Source of the DNA: Pirellulales bacterium
Lineage (GTDB): Bacteria > Planctomycetota > Planctomycetia > Pirellulales > PALSA-1355
Length of the DNA: 64,000 nt
Direction: 5' to 3'
Assembly: GCA_963733035.1 (NCBI GenBank)
Contig: CAVTBU010000007.1
Location: 608,001-672,000 of the forward strand
The notes under the pieces were generated by a model that saw only the letters and a program-made list of their open reading frames with translations, did no database searches and had not been told where the DNA came from. Position numbers and translations under genes: made by a program. Below, one piece after another: positions 11,642 to 21,165 of the stretch (position 1 is its first letter; the number at the start of each line of letters is the position of its first letter).

Positions 11642-12067
11642 CTATCCGGGTTTTTCCAATGCTGTGGTTGTGACGCGGTAGTCCCGAATGCCCGCCTTGT
11701 TGCAGAGATTCATCACAGCCACTACGAATTCCCAGCGGCACTGTCGGTCGGCGCGGATCTCGACGGTTTGCTGGCCTGGATTGTTTGCCGAAACCTGCCT
11801 CAGTTTGGCTTCGAGCCCCTTGGAATCGAATTCTTCACGGCCAATGAAATAACGCCCCTGAGCGTCGACGTTCACAAACAGTAGGTCGGGCTTGGTGGTC
11901 AGCGGACGGGCCTCGCTGGCGTGCGGCAACACGATGTTCAGCTCGCGTTCATCCTCGGCAAACTTGCTTGCCACCAAAAAGAACAGCAAGAGCTGAAATA
12001 CGACGTCGATCATCGGCGTGAGATTGACGAGCCCAGCCGAGCGCCCCTTGTCGATCTTGACGCTCAT
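11642..12067 (-). CDS. exbD: Biopolymer transporter ExbD/TolR family
   Basis: NLTPMIDVVFQLLLFFLV (conserved Asp) and IRAD motif. Confidence 0.93.
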   Translation of the reverse strand: MSVKIDKGRSAGLVNLTPMIDVVFQLLLFFLVASKFAEDERELNIVLPHASEARPLTTKPDLLFVNVDAQGRYFIGREEFDSKGLEAKLRQVSANNPGQQTVEIRADRQCRWEFVVAVMNLCNKAGIRDYRVTTTALEKPG

Positions 12068-12071
12068 GGCA

Positions 12072-13010
12072 CTACTCGCTGGCCGCGGCTGCTTTTTGTG
12101 CCGGCCCGGCCTCATGAGGTTTCGTTTCGTCCTCGTTTGTTCCGTTGGCCGTGAAGCCCATGCGGACGCGGCCCTCGTAACGTTGCAATGCTGGCACAAG
12201 GCGACTGCTGAGCTCCTCCAATTGCCCAAATAGTCGCTGGATCTTACCTTCAAAGTAGTGCGCCAAGACGACAGCGGGAATCGCGACGCACAAACCAGCA
12301 AACGTGGTGATCAGGGCGATGTACACACCGGAGGCCAGAGCTTGAGCCTTATTCGCACCATCGGGGAGATGAGCCGTTTCATAGAATGCGAGAATCATTC
12401 CCTGCACCGTACCGGCCAGACCTAATAGCGGTGCCACTGTGGCGGAGAGATTCAGCGGGCGAATGTTTGAATAGAGCCGTGCGACTTCGCGCTCGCTTGC
12501 CTTGGTCGCGGTCGACTCGAGTTCCGCCTGTGGGCGGCCGGTTTGAAGTAGGATCGCGCGGATCACGTTGGCGGCTGCGGATGGGTACTTATGACAGAGT
12601 CGCCAGGCGTGGCGAGGATCGAATGCCCCGCCCTTCCCGGCTAGCATCTCGTTCAGCCCGCGAATCAACTTGCGTGGAACGACCTTACGACGGCGGAGAC
12701 CAATGATCCGTTCGATGCCGAACAGTACGACGACGAACGAGAATGCATAGATCGGGTACATAAAGACGCCGCCAACCATGGGGGACGCCATCTCGAATAG
12801 GTTCATTCCCTCATCGGCGGTTGGCGCCGGCGTTGTTTCCGCGGGCGTCGGTTCGGCGGCCATGGCGGATTCAAACCGTTCGTCGGCCATGTCCTTGGCC
12901 GATGGTTGTTGGGCCGCAGCCGTCAGGCCACAGGCCAGCACTAGCATTGCCGCCAGGAGGATCCGCGGTAGCGTAGTCCGAAAGTTCACAACGAGGCTAG
13001 TTGTCGGCAT
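12072..13010 (-). CDS. exbB: MotA/TolQ/ExbB proton channel protein with N-terminal signal extension
   Basis: APLLGLAGTVQGMI and ALITTFAGLCVAIP motifs. Confidence 0.93.
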   Translation of the reverse strand: MPTTSLVVNFRTTLPRILLAAMLVLACGLTAAAQQPSAKDMADERFESAMAAEPTPAETTPAPTADEGMNLFEMASPMVGGVFMYPIYAFSFVVVLFGIERIIGLRRRKVVPRKLIRGLNEMLAGKGGAFDPRHAWRLCHKYPSAAANVIRAILLQTGRPQAELESTATKASEREVARLYSNIRPLNLSATVAPLLGLAGTVQGMILAFYETAHLPDGANKAQALASGVYIALITTFAGLCVAIPAVVLAHYFEGKIQRLFGQLEELSSRLVPALQRYEGRVRMGFTANGTNEDETKPHEAGPAQKAAAASE

Positions 13011-13080
13011 CCACTCACACATTTCCTGATTGGTTCTCGGCTCTCACCGAGAATGACGTAGTTTGTCGCCCCAATGGGAG

Positions 13081-16000
13081 TTACGAGCCCAATGCTTCCA
13101 GTCGATTTTTGGCCAACGGAACTTTGTCGCTTTGAGGGTACTTGTCGACTACCTCCTGATACGACTTCCGAGCTTGATCGACCATTTTTAGAACTTCGAA
13201 ACAACGGGCCGCTTCGTACGAGGCGTTCGCTTGCCAGACCTGTAAGGCATCAGGGGCCTTGGGGTAACCATACCCGTAGGCGACCTTGAAAAAATTGCGA
13301 ATAGCCTCTTTATATTGTTTCTTCTCGAACAGGATCTCGCCGAGCATGAAACGCGCTCTAGCCGACACTTCGCGATCGGTTTGAGCAATTACTTCCTCAT
13401 AGCGGACAACGGCTTCCTCCGTTTGTCCCAAATTCTGGCACGCCCAGCCGGATTCGTATTGCAATTCGGGTAGGTAGGCGGAATCTCCAAACTGTACGAT
13501 GGCGTCATCGAGAAGTTTCTGACTCGCTTCCCACTTCTGCTGTTGTGCAAGCGCCTGACCAGCATGCAAATATGCCAAGGCTTGAAAAACCGGATTTTCG
13601 CTGGGACGGGTGAACGACTTTTGGTAGGTCTCGACGGCCGCTTCATAGAGGTTCTGTCCGAACAATGATTCACCGACCATGAACAACGCATCGGCTGCGA
13701 GTTCACCTTCCGGATAGTCAGTCAGTTGCTTACGAAATGCCGCGGTTGCCGCGGCGAGTTCGCCTCCTTGATACAATGCCCAACCTCTCTTGTGAGCGGC
13801 TTTTTCGCCCAATCCGCCATGGCCGGCTTTGTCGTGCGCCGCCCGATAGTGTTCGGCCGCACGGGCAAATTCTTTTGCCGCGTAGTCGGCTTCGCCCAAA
13901 TGGTAGAAGCCCTCGGCTGCTAGCGGGCTCATGGGATGTTGCTCGGCGAGTTGGGCAAATGCGGCAATTGCTTTGTCTTCATGGCCGTCGGATTTCAGCG
14001 CCCAGGCGAGTTCATAGAGGACTTTGTCCGCGCCGGAGAAATTAGGATCGGCATCGAGAACGGAGCGAAACGCATCAGCTGCCGGCTCCCATCGCTGTAA
14101 ACCGGCATAGCACAGTCCTTGCAAGTACAGGGCGTCGAGCCGATCTGCCGCGGGCGGATTGGACACCAACTCCGTAAGGTCGTCGAGAGCGGCGGTGTAT
14201 TTTTGTTGGCGTTCACGAGCGACCGCGCGTGCATAGCGCGCCTTGGCCATGGTGGGTTCTTGTGGAAACAACTCGAGGTACCTGGTCAGCGTGGTCTCGG
14301 CAGCGGCGAAATCTTGTTGCTCCAACTCAACGCTGGCCAAGCCGAACATGGCGTGAGATGCCAAGGCGCCTTGTGGCCAAGTCTTCAATAACTTCCGGTA
14401 GTCCTGTGTGGCCGCCGCGAAATTCCCGGCCCGAGCCTCGTATTCGCCAAGGAGTAGGTATGCTCGTTCCAATCGCGGACTATGCGGAAATTCGGTCGTA
14501 AGCCGCCGTAGCGTGTCGCAGGCTTCATCCAGTTTGGCCTCTGCCTGGTATGCAGTGGCTAGCGTGAGCAATGCTTCATCCGCACGCGGACCAGTCGGAG
14601 CGTCAGCGAGCGCAGCTAGTAGCGACTTGACGGCTGCCGCGTGTTCCCCAAGTTCGGCTTGGGCGCTGCCGAGCAAGAATTGTCCTTCGGCCGCTAGTGC
14701 AACCGGTTTGAGCTGCGATACGACCGGCGACAACGTGGCAACGACGTCGGCAAGTTGTTCGTCGAGAAACAGAGACAAACCGAGCCGCACTTTCCAGGAT
14801 GCTGCCTCCGCGTGCTTGGGAAACTTTGCCAGAAGTTCGCGATAGGCCGCCGTCGCCGCGGCGTATCGCTTCTGCTGGAGTGCCGCTTCGGCGACGATAT
14901 AGTGTACGTCTGCCGCCAGCGGATCCTCGGCGTGTGCTTTAAGAAATTCTTCACCGTATTGCTCGGCCTTGACATAATCTCCCTGTCCAAGCGAAGCGAA
15001 CGCTGCCATGTACAAGGCCTGTGGCGCGAGTTCGTGCGCCGGATATTGCTCCGCCAATGCTGCATATGCGACGATGGCGTCTGGACGTCTCCCATTGATC
15101 TCGTAGAGCGTGTCGCCCCGATCGAGCATCAATTGCGGCTCTTGCTTGCTTCCTTTCGCGTCAGCCAGGACGCGCTCAAGCGCGGTCAGTGCCTGGTCCG
15201 GCTGCTTCTGCTTTAGGTACGTGCGAACCAGGCCGTGCGTCGCTTCGAGTGCTAGTGGATCGTCGGAGATCGCCACCGCGTTGAACGCCTTGGCTGAGGC
15301 GTCCCAATCTGCGAGCTGGTAGTAGTTATTGCCCGCCGCAATGAGTGCCGCGCTGCGATGCGCCGAGTTCGGGAATCGATCGGGAATCGCGGCATAGAGT
15401 GCCGCCGCCTCGGCTGTCTTACCCTGAGCTACCAGGCAGGCTGCCTGCCGCATGGCGGCCAGATCGGCATGAGCAAAGTCTTTCGAGGCGGCCGCTGAAG
15501 CGAACCATTGCTCGGCCGCGGAGTGCTTGCCTTCGGCGAACAAAGATTCCGCGCGTCGCAGAATCACTTCAGCACGAAGCGGATGTTGCGGGTACGCCTT
15601 GAGAAACGTATCGAACGTCGTGCCAGCCAGTTTGTTGTTTCCTAGATCTTGTTGCGTCACGCCCAGGGCATACAGTCCTTCGGCCCGATGTGGGCTTTCA
15701 GTAAACTGGTCGACCAACTGTTTATAAGACCGGGCGGCGACGTCTTTCTTGTTCCGAGCGTAAAGCGATTCACCACGGTAATAGAGCGCCTCGGAAACTT
15801 CTTTCGATTTGGGGAACTTCTCGATGAGCGTTTGCAGAGTGGCGGCGGCTTGGTCATAGAATTCCGTCTTTCCTGTCTGTGCCAAGCTATACTGAGCCAA
15901 GCCCAGATTCAGGTAGCTGGCATCTGCAAGGCCGCTCTCGGGATGCTCTCTTATGACGCGCTCGAATGTGGTTACCGCATCGGCAAAGTTCTTCTGCAGT

Positions 16001-16293
16001 AACTCGCAAACACCCAGGTAATGGCGGGCCTTTGCTGCCAGTGGATCGGCAGGAAATTTCTTAAGAAAGGACTGCCACTCGTCGGCTGCCAGATCGTAGA
16101 CGCCCCGATCTTGGAAAGCCACGGCGTCGCGAAACTGCCGGATCGCCGCGGGTGGAGACTTGGTATTCGGCGCCCCGTCATTCTTTGCGGCTGGCGAGCT
16201 ATTGGGAGGCTGAGCTAGCGCAGCGGACGGCGCAATCAACAGCGCGACCACCGCCGCGTATGCGAGTGCCCATCTTAAGTCGGCAATCGTCAT
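13081..16293 (-). CDS. Large exported TPR protein (CpoB/BamD-like repeats), about 1070 aa
   Basis: Signal peptide ending AALAQ, followed by many TPR units of the type A..Y..L...FP.S...A.Y.LG. Confidence 0.9.
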   Translation of the reverse strand: MTIADLRWALAYAAVVALLIAPSAALAQPPNSSPAAKNDGAPNTKSPPAAIRQFRDAVAFQDRGVYDLAADEWQSFLKKFPADPLAAKARHYLGVCELLQKNFADAVTTFERVIREHPESGLADASYLNLGLAQYSLAQTGKTEFYDQAAATLQTLIEKFPKSKEVSEALYYRGESLYARNKKDVAARSYKQLVDQFTESPHRAEGLYALGVTQQDLGNNKLAGTTFDTFLKAYPQHPLRAEVILRRAESLFAEGKHSAAEQWFASAAASKDFAHADLAAMRQAACLVAQGKTAEAAALYAAIPDRFPNSAHRSAALIAAGNNYYQLADWDASAKAFNAVAISDDPLALEATHGLVRTYLKQKQPDQALTALERVLADAKGSKQEPQLMLDRGDTLYEINGRRPDAIVAYAALAEQYPAHELAPQALYMAAFASLGQGDYVKAEQYGEEFLKAHAEDPLAADVHYIVAEAALQQKRYAAATAAYRELLAKFPKHAEAASWKVRLGLSLFLDEQLADVVATLSPVVSQLKPVALAAEGQFLLGSAQAELGEHAAAVKSLLAALADAPTGPRADEALLTLATAYQAEAKLDEACDTLRRLTTEFPHSPRLERAYLLLGEYEARAGNFAAATQDYRKLLKTWPQGALASHAMFGLASVELEQQDFAAAETTLTRYLELFPQEPTMAKARYARAVARERQQKYTAALDDLTELVSNPPAADRLDALYLQGLCYAGLQRWEPAADAFRSVLDADPNFSGADKVLYELAWALKSDGHEDKAIAAFAQLAEQHPMSPLAAEGFYHLGEADYAAKEFARAAEHYRAAHDKAGHGGLGEKAAHKRGWALYQGGELAAATAAFRKQLTDYPEGELAADALFMVGESLFGQNLYEAAVETYQKSFTRPSENPVFQALAYLHAGQALAQQQKWEASQKLLDDAIVQFGDSAYLPELQYESGWACQNLGQTEEAVVRYEEVIAQTDREVSARARFMLGEILFEKKQYKEAIRNFFKVAYGYGYPKAPDALQVWQANASYEAARCFEVLKMVDQARKSYQEVVDKYPQSDKVPLAKNRLEALGS

Positions 16294-16493
16294 CCAGCAA
16301 AGCTCTCGTACGCGCCGTTGTTCCGGAGAAGTTTGGTGTGGCCCAGCCATTATTTCAGTACTTCCGTGGGAAAACAAGAAACCCTTTCGGCGCCAGTGGA
16401 TAAGGTGACGTTGATCATGCCTTGCGCGGCCCCTATGATTGATCGATCGCGAACCAAGAACGTACCAAACACTTTTCTCTGGACATTGCCGCG

Positions 16494-17588
16494 TTGTCAG
16501 AACTCAATTCCATCTACCAAGTTGCGATCGGCCTGCTGGCTCAAGCAACCCCTACGGACGGTGCAAGCGGCGTCCAAGTCTGGCACTGGATCGCCTTTGG
16601 CGTATTCGTCGTCGTGGTGCTGGTCCTTGACCTGTTTGTCTTTCACCGCGAGTCACAGGAGCCGACTTTACGCGAGTCGGCCACCTGGACGCTTATCTGG
16701 TGTGGGTTGGCGCTGGCCTTTAACGGGCTGATATGGGCCTGGCGCGGCAGTGCTATCGGCATCCTGTTTCTTACGGGCTATCTGGTCGAATGGTCGTTGT
16801 CGATGGACAACGTATTTGTCTTCGCTGTCGTCTTCAGTTTCTTCGGCGTGCCGCTGAAATATCAGTATCGTGTGCTGTTTTGGGGAATCCTCGGCGCGAT
16901 CGTAATGCGGCTGGCCTTTATCCTGGCCGGAACTGCCCTGCTGGAGCGATTTGGCTGGGTGATGCCCATCTTTGGGGCCTTTCTGATTTACACGGCCTTT
17001 AAGCTCGCAACGCATGGTGACTCGGAGGTCAATCCCGAGAAAAACATCCTGCTGCGGCTGGCGCGGCGGCTGTTTCCTGTGAGTAAGGAGCCGCATGGCC
17101 ACCGATTCTTTGTCATCGAGAACGGCCGTCGATGCATCACGCCGTTGTTTCTGGTGCTATTGGTCGTTGAAAGTACCGACGTCCTGTTTGCCGTTGACAG
17201 CGTGCCTGCCATTTTTGGAATCACGAAGGATGCGTTTACGGTGTTCACGTCGAACATCTTTGCCATTCTAGGGCTGCGGGCTCTCTACTTCCTGTTGGCC
17301 GGCGTGATGGACATGTTCCGCTATTTGAACTACGGTCTGTCGGCCGTATTGGCGTTCGTGGGCATTAAGATGGTTGGCGAGTGGTACCGGGGCCACCATT
17401 TGTTTGATCCACTCGCGTCGCTGCTGATCATCCTGTCACTCTTGGCCGTGGCGATTGCGGCGTCGATTGTCGCCAACCGTCGGGAGCAGGCTCTCCAGCA
17501 CAGCCAATCGATTGACCCCGACGCAACGCTCGACGAGAGTGCCGCCAAGACGATGGACGGCCGCGGCCCCCTGAGGCGAGCGCCATAA
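16494..17588 (+). CDS. TerC/Alx family membrane protein
   Basis: GYLVEWSLSMDNVFVF, QYRVLFWG, DVLFAVDSVPA and SNIFAILGLR. Confidence 0.95.
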   Translation: MSELNSIYQVAIGLLAQATPTDGASGVQVWHWIAFGVFVVVVLVLDLFVFHRESQEPTLRESATWTLIWCGLALAFNGLIWAWRGSAIGILFLTGYLVEWSLSMDNVFVFAVVFSFFGVPLKYQYRVLFWGILGAIVMRLAFILAGTALLERFGWVMPIFGAFLIYTAFKLATHGDSEVNPEKNILLRLARRLFPVSKEPHGHRFFVIENGRRCITPLFLVLLVVESTDVLFAVDSVPAIFGITKDAFTVFTSNIFAILGLRALYFLLAGVMDMFRYLNYGLSAVLAFVGIKMVGEWYRGHHLFDPLASLLIILSLLAVAIAASIVANRREQALQHSQSIDPDATLDESAAKTMDGRGPLRRAP

Positions 17589-17702
17589 TCGCGAGGATTT
17601 CAGCCTTATCCGCCCGGTAGCCATTACGCAACTTGACGGTGCTGGTCGTGGGGTACACTTTGAACGTAGGACAATTTGCCAGCCCAAGCGAAATAAACGC
17701 AC

Positions 17703-18692
17703 GTGAGACACGCTCTGATAACCGGCGGTGCAGGATTCATTGGCAGCCATTTGGCTGAAGCCCTGTTGGCCCGCGACTACCGAGTAACCGTGCTCGATGA
17801 TGAATCGACCGGGACAGCCGAAAATCTGGCAGCGGTTCGCGATCACTTCAACTTCAGCTTCGTGGCGGGTACCGCGGCCGACAAGTCGCTGGTCCGGCAA
17901 CTCGTGACCGATGTGGACGAGGTGTACCATCTGGCTGCGGCCGTCGGTGTGCAATTGATCTCGACGGCACCGATCCACACGATCGAGACAAACATCTACC
18001 CGACGGAGCTGGTCCTTAGCGAACTGCTGCGACGCAAGCGCGACGGCTATGCCGTGAAGCTGTTTCTGGCCAGCTCGAGCGAAGTTTACGGCAAGAACCC
18101 CAAGCCGCTGTGGAGCGAAGACGACGACATCGTGCTGGGCCCCACCACCCGAGCTCGCTGGTCATACGGAGCCTCCAAGGCGATTGACGAGTTTCTGGCA
18201 TTGGCCTATTGGCGGCAGCATCGCCTGCCGGTCGTCATCGCCCGTTTCTTCAATGTCGTCGGTCCCCGACAGACGGGCCGCTATGGCATGGTGCTGCCGC
18301 GTTTCGTTGAGGCGGCGCTGGCCGGTCGGCCGCTACTGGTCCACGACGACGGACGCCAAGTGCGATGTTTTGCCCACGTGCATGACGTGGTCCGCTCGGT
18401 CATCGAACTAATGGAAACCGACGCGGCAGTGGCAGGCGTGTTCAATATCGGAAGCGATCAGCCAGTGAGCATCTTGCAGTTGGCCAAGAGCGTGATCGCT
18501 CAGGTTAATCCGAAGCTAGAAATCCAATTTCAGAGTTATGCGGAAGCCTATGACGCCGATTTTGAGGATGTTCGCTCGCGGATTCCTGATCTCACGCGGC
18601 TTCGGCGCACTATCCAATATCGCCCAAAATATGATCTGGAAACGACCATCCGCGAGGTTGTCGAAACCATGCGGGTGAGGCCGCAACGGTAG
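17703..18692 (+). CDS. NAD-dependent nucleotide-sugar epimerase/dehydratase
   Basis: ITGGAGFIG, SSSEVYG, YGASK and RFFNVVGPRQ. Confidence 0.93.
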   Translation: MRHALITGGAGFIGSHLAEALLARDYRVTVLDDESTGTAENLAAVRDHFNFSFVAGTAADKSLVRQLVTDVDEVYHLAAAVGVQLISTAPIHTIETNIYPTELVLSELLRRKRDGYAVKLFLASSSEVYGKNPKPLWSEDDDIVLGPTTRARWSYGASKAIDEFLALAYWRQHRLPVVIARFFNVVGPRQTGRYGMVLPRFVEAALAGRPLLVHDDGRQVRCFAHVHDVVRSVIELMETDAAVAGVFNIGSDQPVSILQLAKSVIAQVNPKLEIQFQSYAEAYDADFEDVRSRIPDLTRLRRTIQYRPKYDLETTIREVVETMRVRPQR

Positions 18693-18725
18693 GCCGCTGC
18701 GACGCCAAACGCCATTTTTGGGCGG

Positions 18726-19877
18726 CTACTTGGACTTTGGCACCAGGCGATCGGCCTCGGGTGCGCTTCCCAGCTTGACGTTGAGATGAATCTGTTTTTG
18801 ATCCCGCAGGATGACCAGTGGAACCTCGCGATTGGCTTCCGTCATGCCGACAAGATTGATCAAATGGTCATCGTCGTCGACCGGCACGCCAGCGAATTCC
18901 AGCACCACGTCGCCAACTTTCAGGTGCACGGACTCGGCCGGTGAACCAGGCACGACGCCGGAAATCCTCGCCCCGCGAGGACGATTCAGGCCGACGCTGA
19001 CGGCCATGGCGGAATCGAATTTGCGATCCAGCTGGACGCCCAATAGAGCGCGGGCGACGCTATTGTTTTCCACCAATTGTTTGGCCACAAACACGACCAT
19101 GTTACTGGGAATGGAAAACCCGATGCCCTCGTTGTGACCGGAACTGGAGGCAATCGCCGTGTTCATGCCAATCACTTCACCGCGAAGGTTGATCAGCGGT
19201 CCACCGCTATTGCCGGGATTGATCGCGGCGTCGGTTTGCAGAAAGTCCTGAAACTTCACATCTTCCGAGAGGATAAGGTCTCGGCGGCCTGTCGCGCTGA
19301 TGATGCCGAACGTGATCGAATGACTCAACCCGAACGGGCTCCCGACCGCAAGTACGAAATCGCCGATTTCCAGGTTGTCGCTGTCGCCGAATTTGACCGG
19401 TACCAGCCCCGAGGCATTCACGGCCATCACGGCAATGTCCGTATACGGGTCGTCCCATACACGAATCGGATTGAGCTGCCGGCCGTCGGCCAAACGAATC
19501 TTGATATCCTCGTTCTTGGCGGACTTGATGACATGCCGATTGGTAAGGACGTAGTCGTGCCCGTTGATCCGTGCGATGTAACCGCTGCCGGCTTCCTCGA
19601 CATGGTTTTTGCGGCCATATTGGCCCGGAGAGCTGTCGATCTTATCCGCTTCGATATGCACGACAGTGGGACGGACGAGCCGCACCACCATCTTCAGTAC
19701 GTTGCTTTGACGCTCAAGTGCTGTCGTTTCCCGGGCTAGCGCGTCGTACATCTTGGCTCGAACAGCCTCGCTGCGCTGCTGGTCCTGGGTGTCCTGTGCG
19801 CGAGCCGGGGAGACAAAAAGCAGGCCGACGACGGCGGCCATGATACCCAAGAAATGCAAGCAGCTCAGGGGGTTCAT
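18726..19877 (-). CDS. HtrA/DegP-family serine protease with one PDZ domain
   Basis: LTNRHV, DIAV and QTDAAINPGNSGGPL catalytic motifs; signal peptide; C-terminal PDZ. Confidence 0.95.
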   Translation of the reverse strand: MNPLSCLHFLGIMAAVVGLLFVSPARAQDTQDQQRSEAVRAKMYDALARETTALERQSNVLKMVVRLVRPTVVHIEADKIDSSPGQYGRKNHVEEAGSGYIARINGHDYVLTNRHVIKSAKNEDIKIRLADGRQLNPIRVWDDPYTDIAVMAVNASGLVPVKFGDSDNLEIGDFVLAVGSPFGLSHSITFGIISATGRRDLILSEDVKFQDFLQTDAAINPGNSGGPLINLRGEVIGMNTAIASSSGHNEGIGFSIPSNMVVFVAKQLVENNSVARALLGVQLDRKFDSAMAVSVGLNRPRGARISGVVPGSPAESVHLKVGDVVLEFAGVPVDDDDHLINLVGMTEANREVPLVILRDQKQIHLNVKLGSAPEADRLVPKSK

Positions 19878-20021
19878 TCCGGTTTGCTCCGGCGGAAAGG
19901 GCATACCCAACTCGGGCGCAAAATCACTAGGATAACTCAGCTTGTACGATAAGCGGGAGACGGAAGATTAGCAACCAGTACCCTCGCCGGACTTATGGGT
20001 TTGCCCATCCGCCCTCGCATT

Positions 20022-20062
20022 AAAAAAAGATGCACTGACGGTCTGGTTCCCGCCAGTGCATC
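20022..20062 (-). terminator. Intrinsic terminator of dksA
   Basis: Stem GATGCACTG/CAGTGCATC followed on the minus strand by a T7 run, about 30 bp past the stop. Confidence 0.85.
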
Positions 20063-20091
20063 AGGTTAGACGACTCATTTGACGGCGTGGG

Positions 20092-20535
20092 CTACACGTC
20101 GATTTCAATATCGTTGATCGAGACGTCGTTGTCGCTGCCGGCATCGAGTACGCGGCCCCAGTCGGCATTTCCGCCGCCGGCACCCCCGAAACGCTCTTGC
20201 TCGCGCTGGCAATTGATGCACAGCGTGGCATAGGGTAACGCGTTCAGCCGCGCCATGGGGATCGAGCAGCCGCAGCCTTCGCAGACCCCGTATTGACCTT
20301 CTCGCATTCGCTCCAAGGCATTTTCGATAGAGGCCAATTCACGGCTTTCCACTTCAGCCAGCTGTGAACTGATTTCGTCCTGCGCCGAGTCGAGAGCTGC
20401 ATCGACCACGTCACCGGCCGTCTGCGCCCGCAGTTCCTTCAATAAGCTCAAGTCACCCGCCAACGCCGTGCGGAGCGCGTCGCGGCGCATGATCAAGATT
20501 TGGCGCATGCTCAGGATTGCGTCTTTGCGTGCCAT
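20092..20535 (-). CDS. dksA: DksA/TraR C4-type zinc finger protein
   Basis: DVVDAA (DxxDxA) coiled-coil tip and YGVCEGC...RLNALPYATLCINC. Confidence 0.9.
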   Translation of the reverse strand: MARKDAILSMRQILIMRRDALRTALAGDLSLLKELRAQTAGDVVDAALDSAQDEISSQLAEVESRELASIENALERMREGQYGVCEGCGCSIPMARLNALPYATLCINCQREQERFGGAGGGNADWGRVLDAGSDNDVSINDIEIDV

Positions 20536-21165
20536 TTTCCTTCACCTTCTATGTCCGGATGTCTGTTGCGGCCGAAGGTTAGGCCCCCCGGCAAGCCGCT
20601 GCCAACTTCTCGGAAGTTTCGGTTTAAAAACACAACTTACAACACCTAGGCCGGCTGCGAGTCTTTGTGATTCGCAGCCAAACTATAGTACGCATCAAGT
20701 TCGACCGGGGTCACAAAATTCGGAAGAGTTTTTTGTCGTCATGGACGCGCGAACGATTCTTCCAGCACCCCGGCAAAAGTCAAGCTACCCAAGGCCTTTA
20801 CGGCCGGCACCAGCGTCGCCCCTACCAGCCGGTCGGTCAACTCTTGGGACGGACAGTTGCGCGATCCGGCATCCCACCTGCGGGAAGCGTTTTTTGCTTG
20901 ACCGTTTGGGTCCTCGGTGACACTGACCTGTGCTACCCGATAATCGACACAATCGGCCCAGATATACAGCCGATCTTCGCAAATCGCTAAAACCGCGCTG
21001 GCCGCCCCGCTGTCGTCCGATTCGGCGCGGTTTGACCACAGACTGACGGTAACCTACATGTCCTCGGTGTGTTCCGTTGTGCGCCGCAGTGGCGGCCCAC
21101 GGGCTTTAAGGGCCGATCCATAGCTCGGTGTGTCGCGTCCCAACTTCGCATGGTGGGAGTAAACC

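Noticed and set aside
16294..16493. yybP-ykoY manganese riboswitch upstream of terC
   Set aside because: Expected from context, but I could not find the conserved core sequence or helices.
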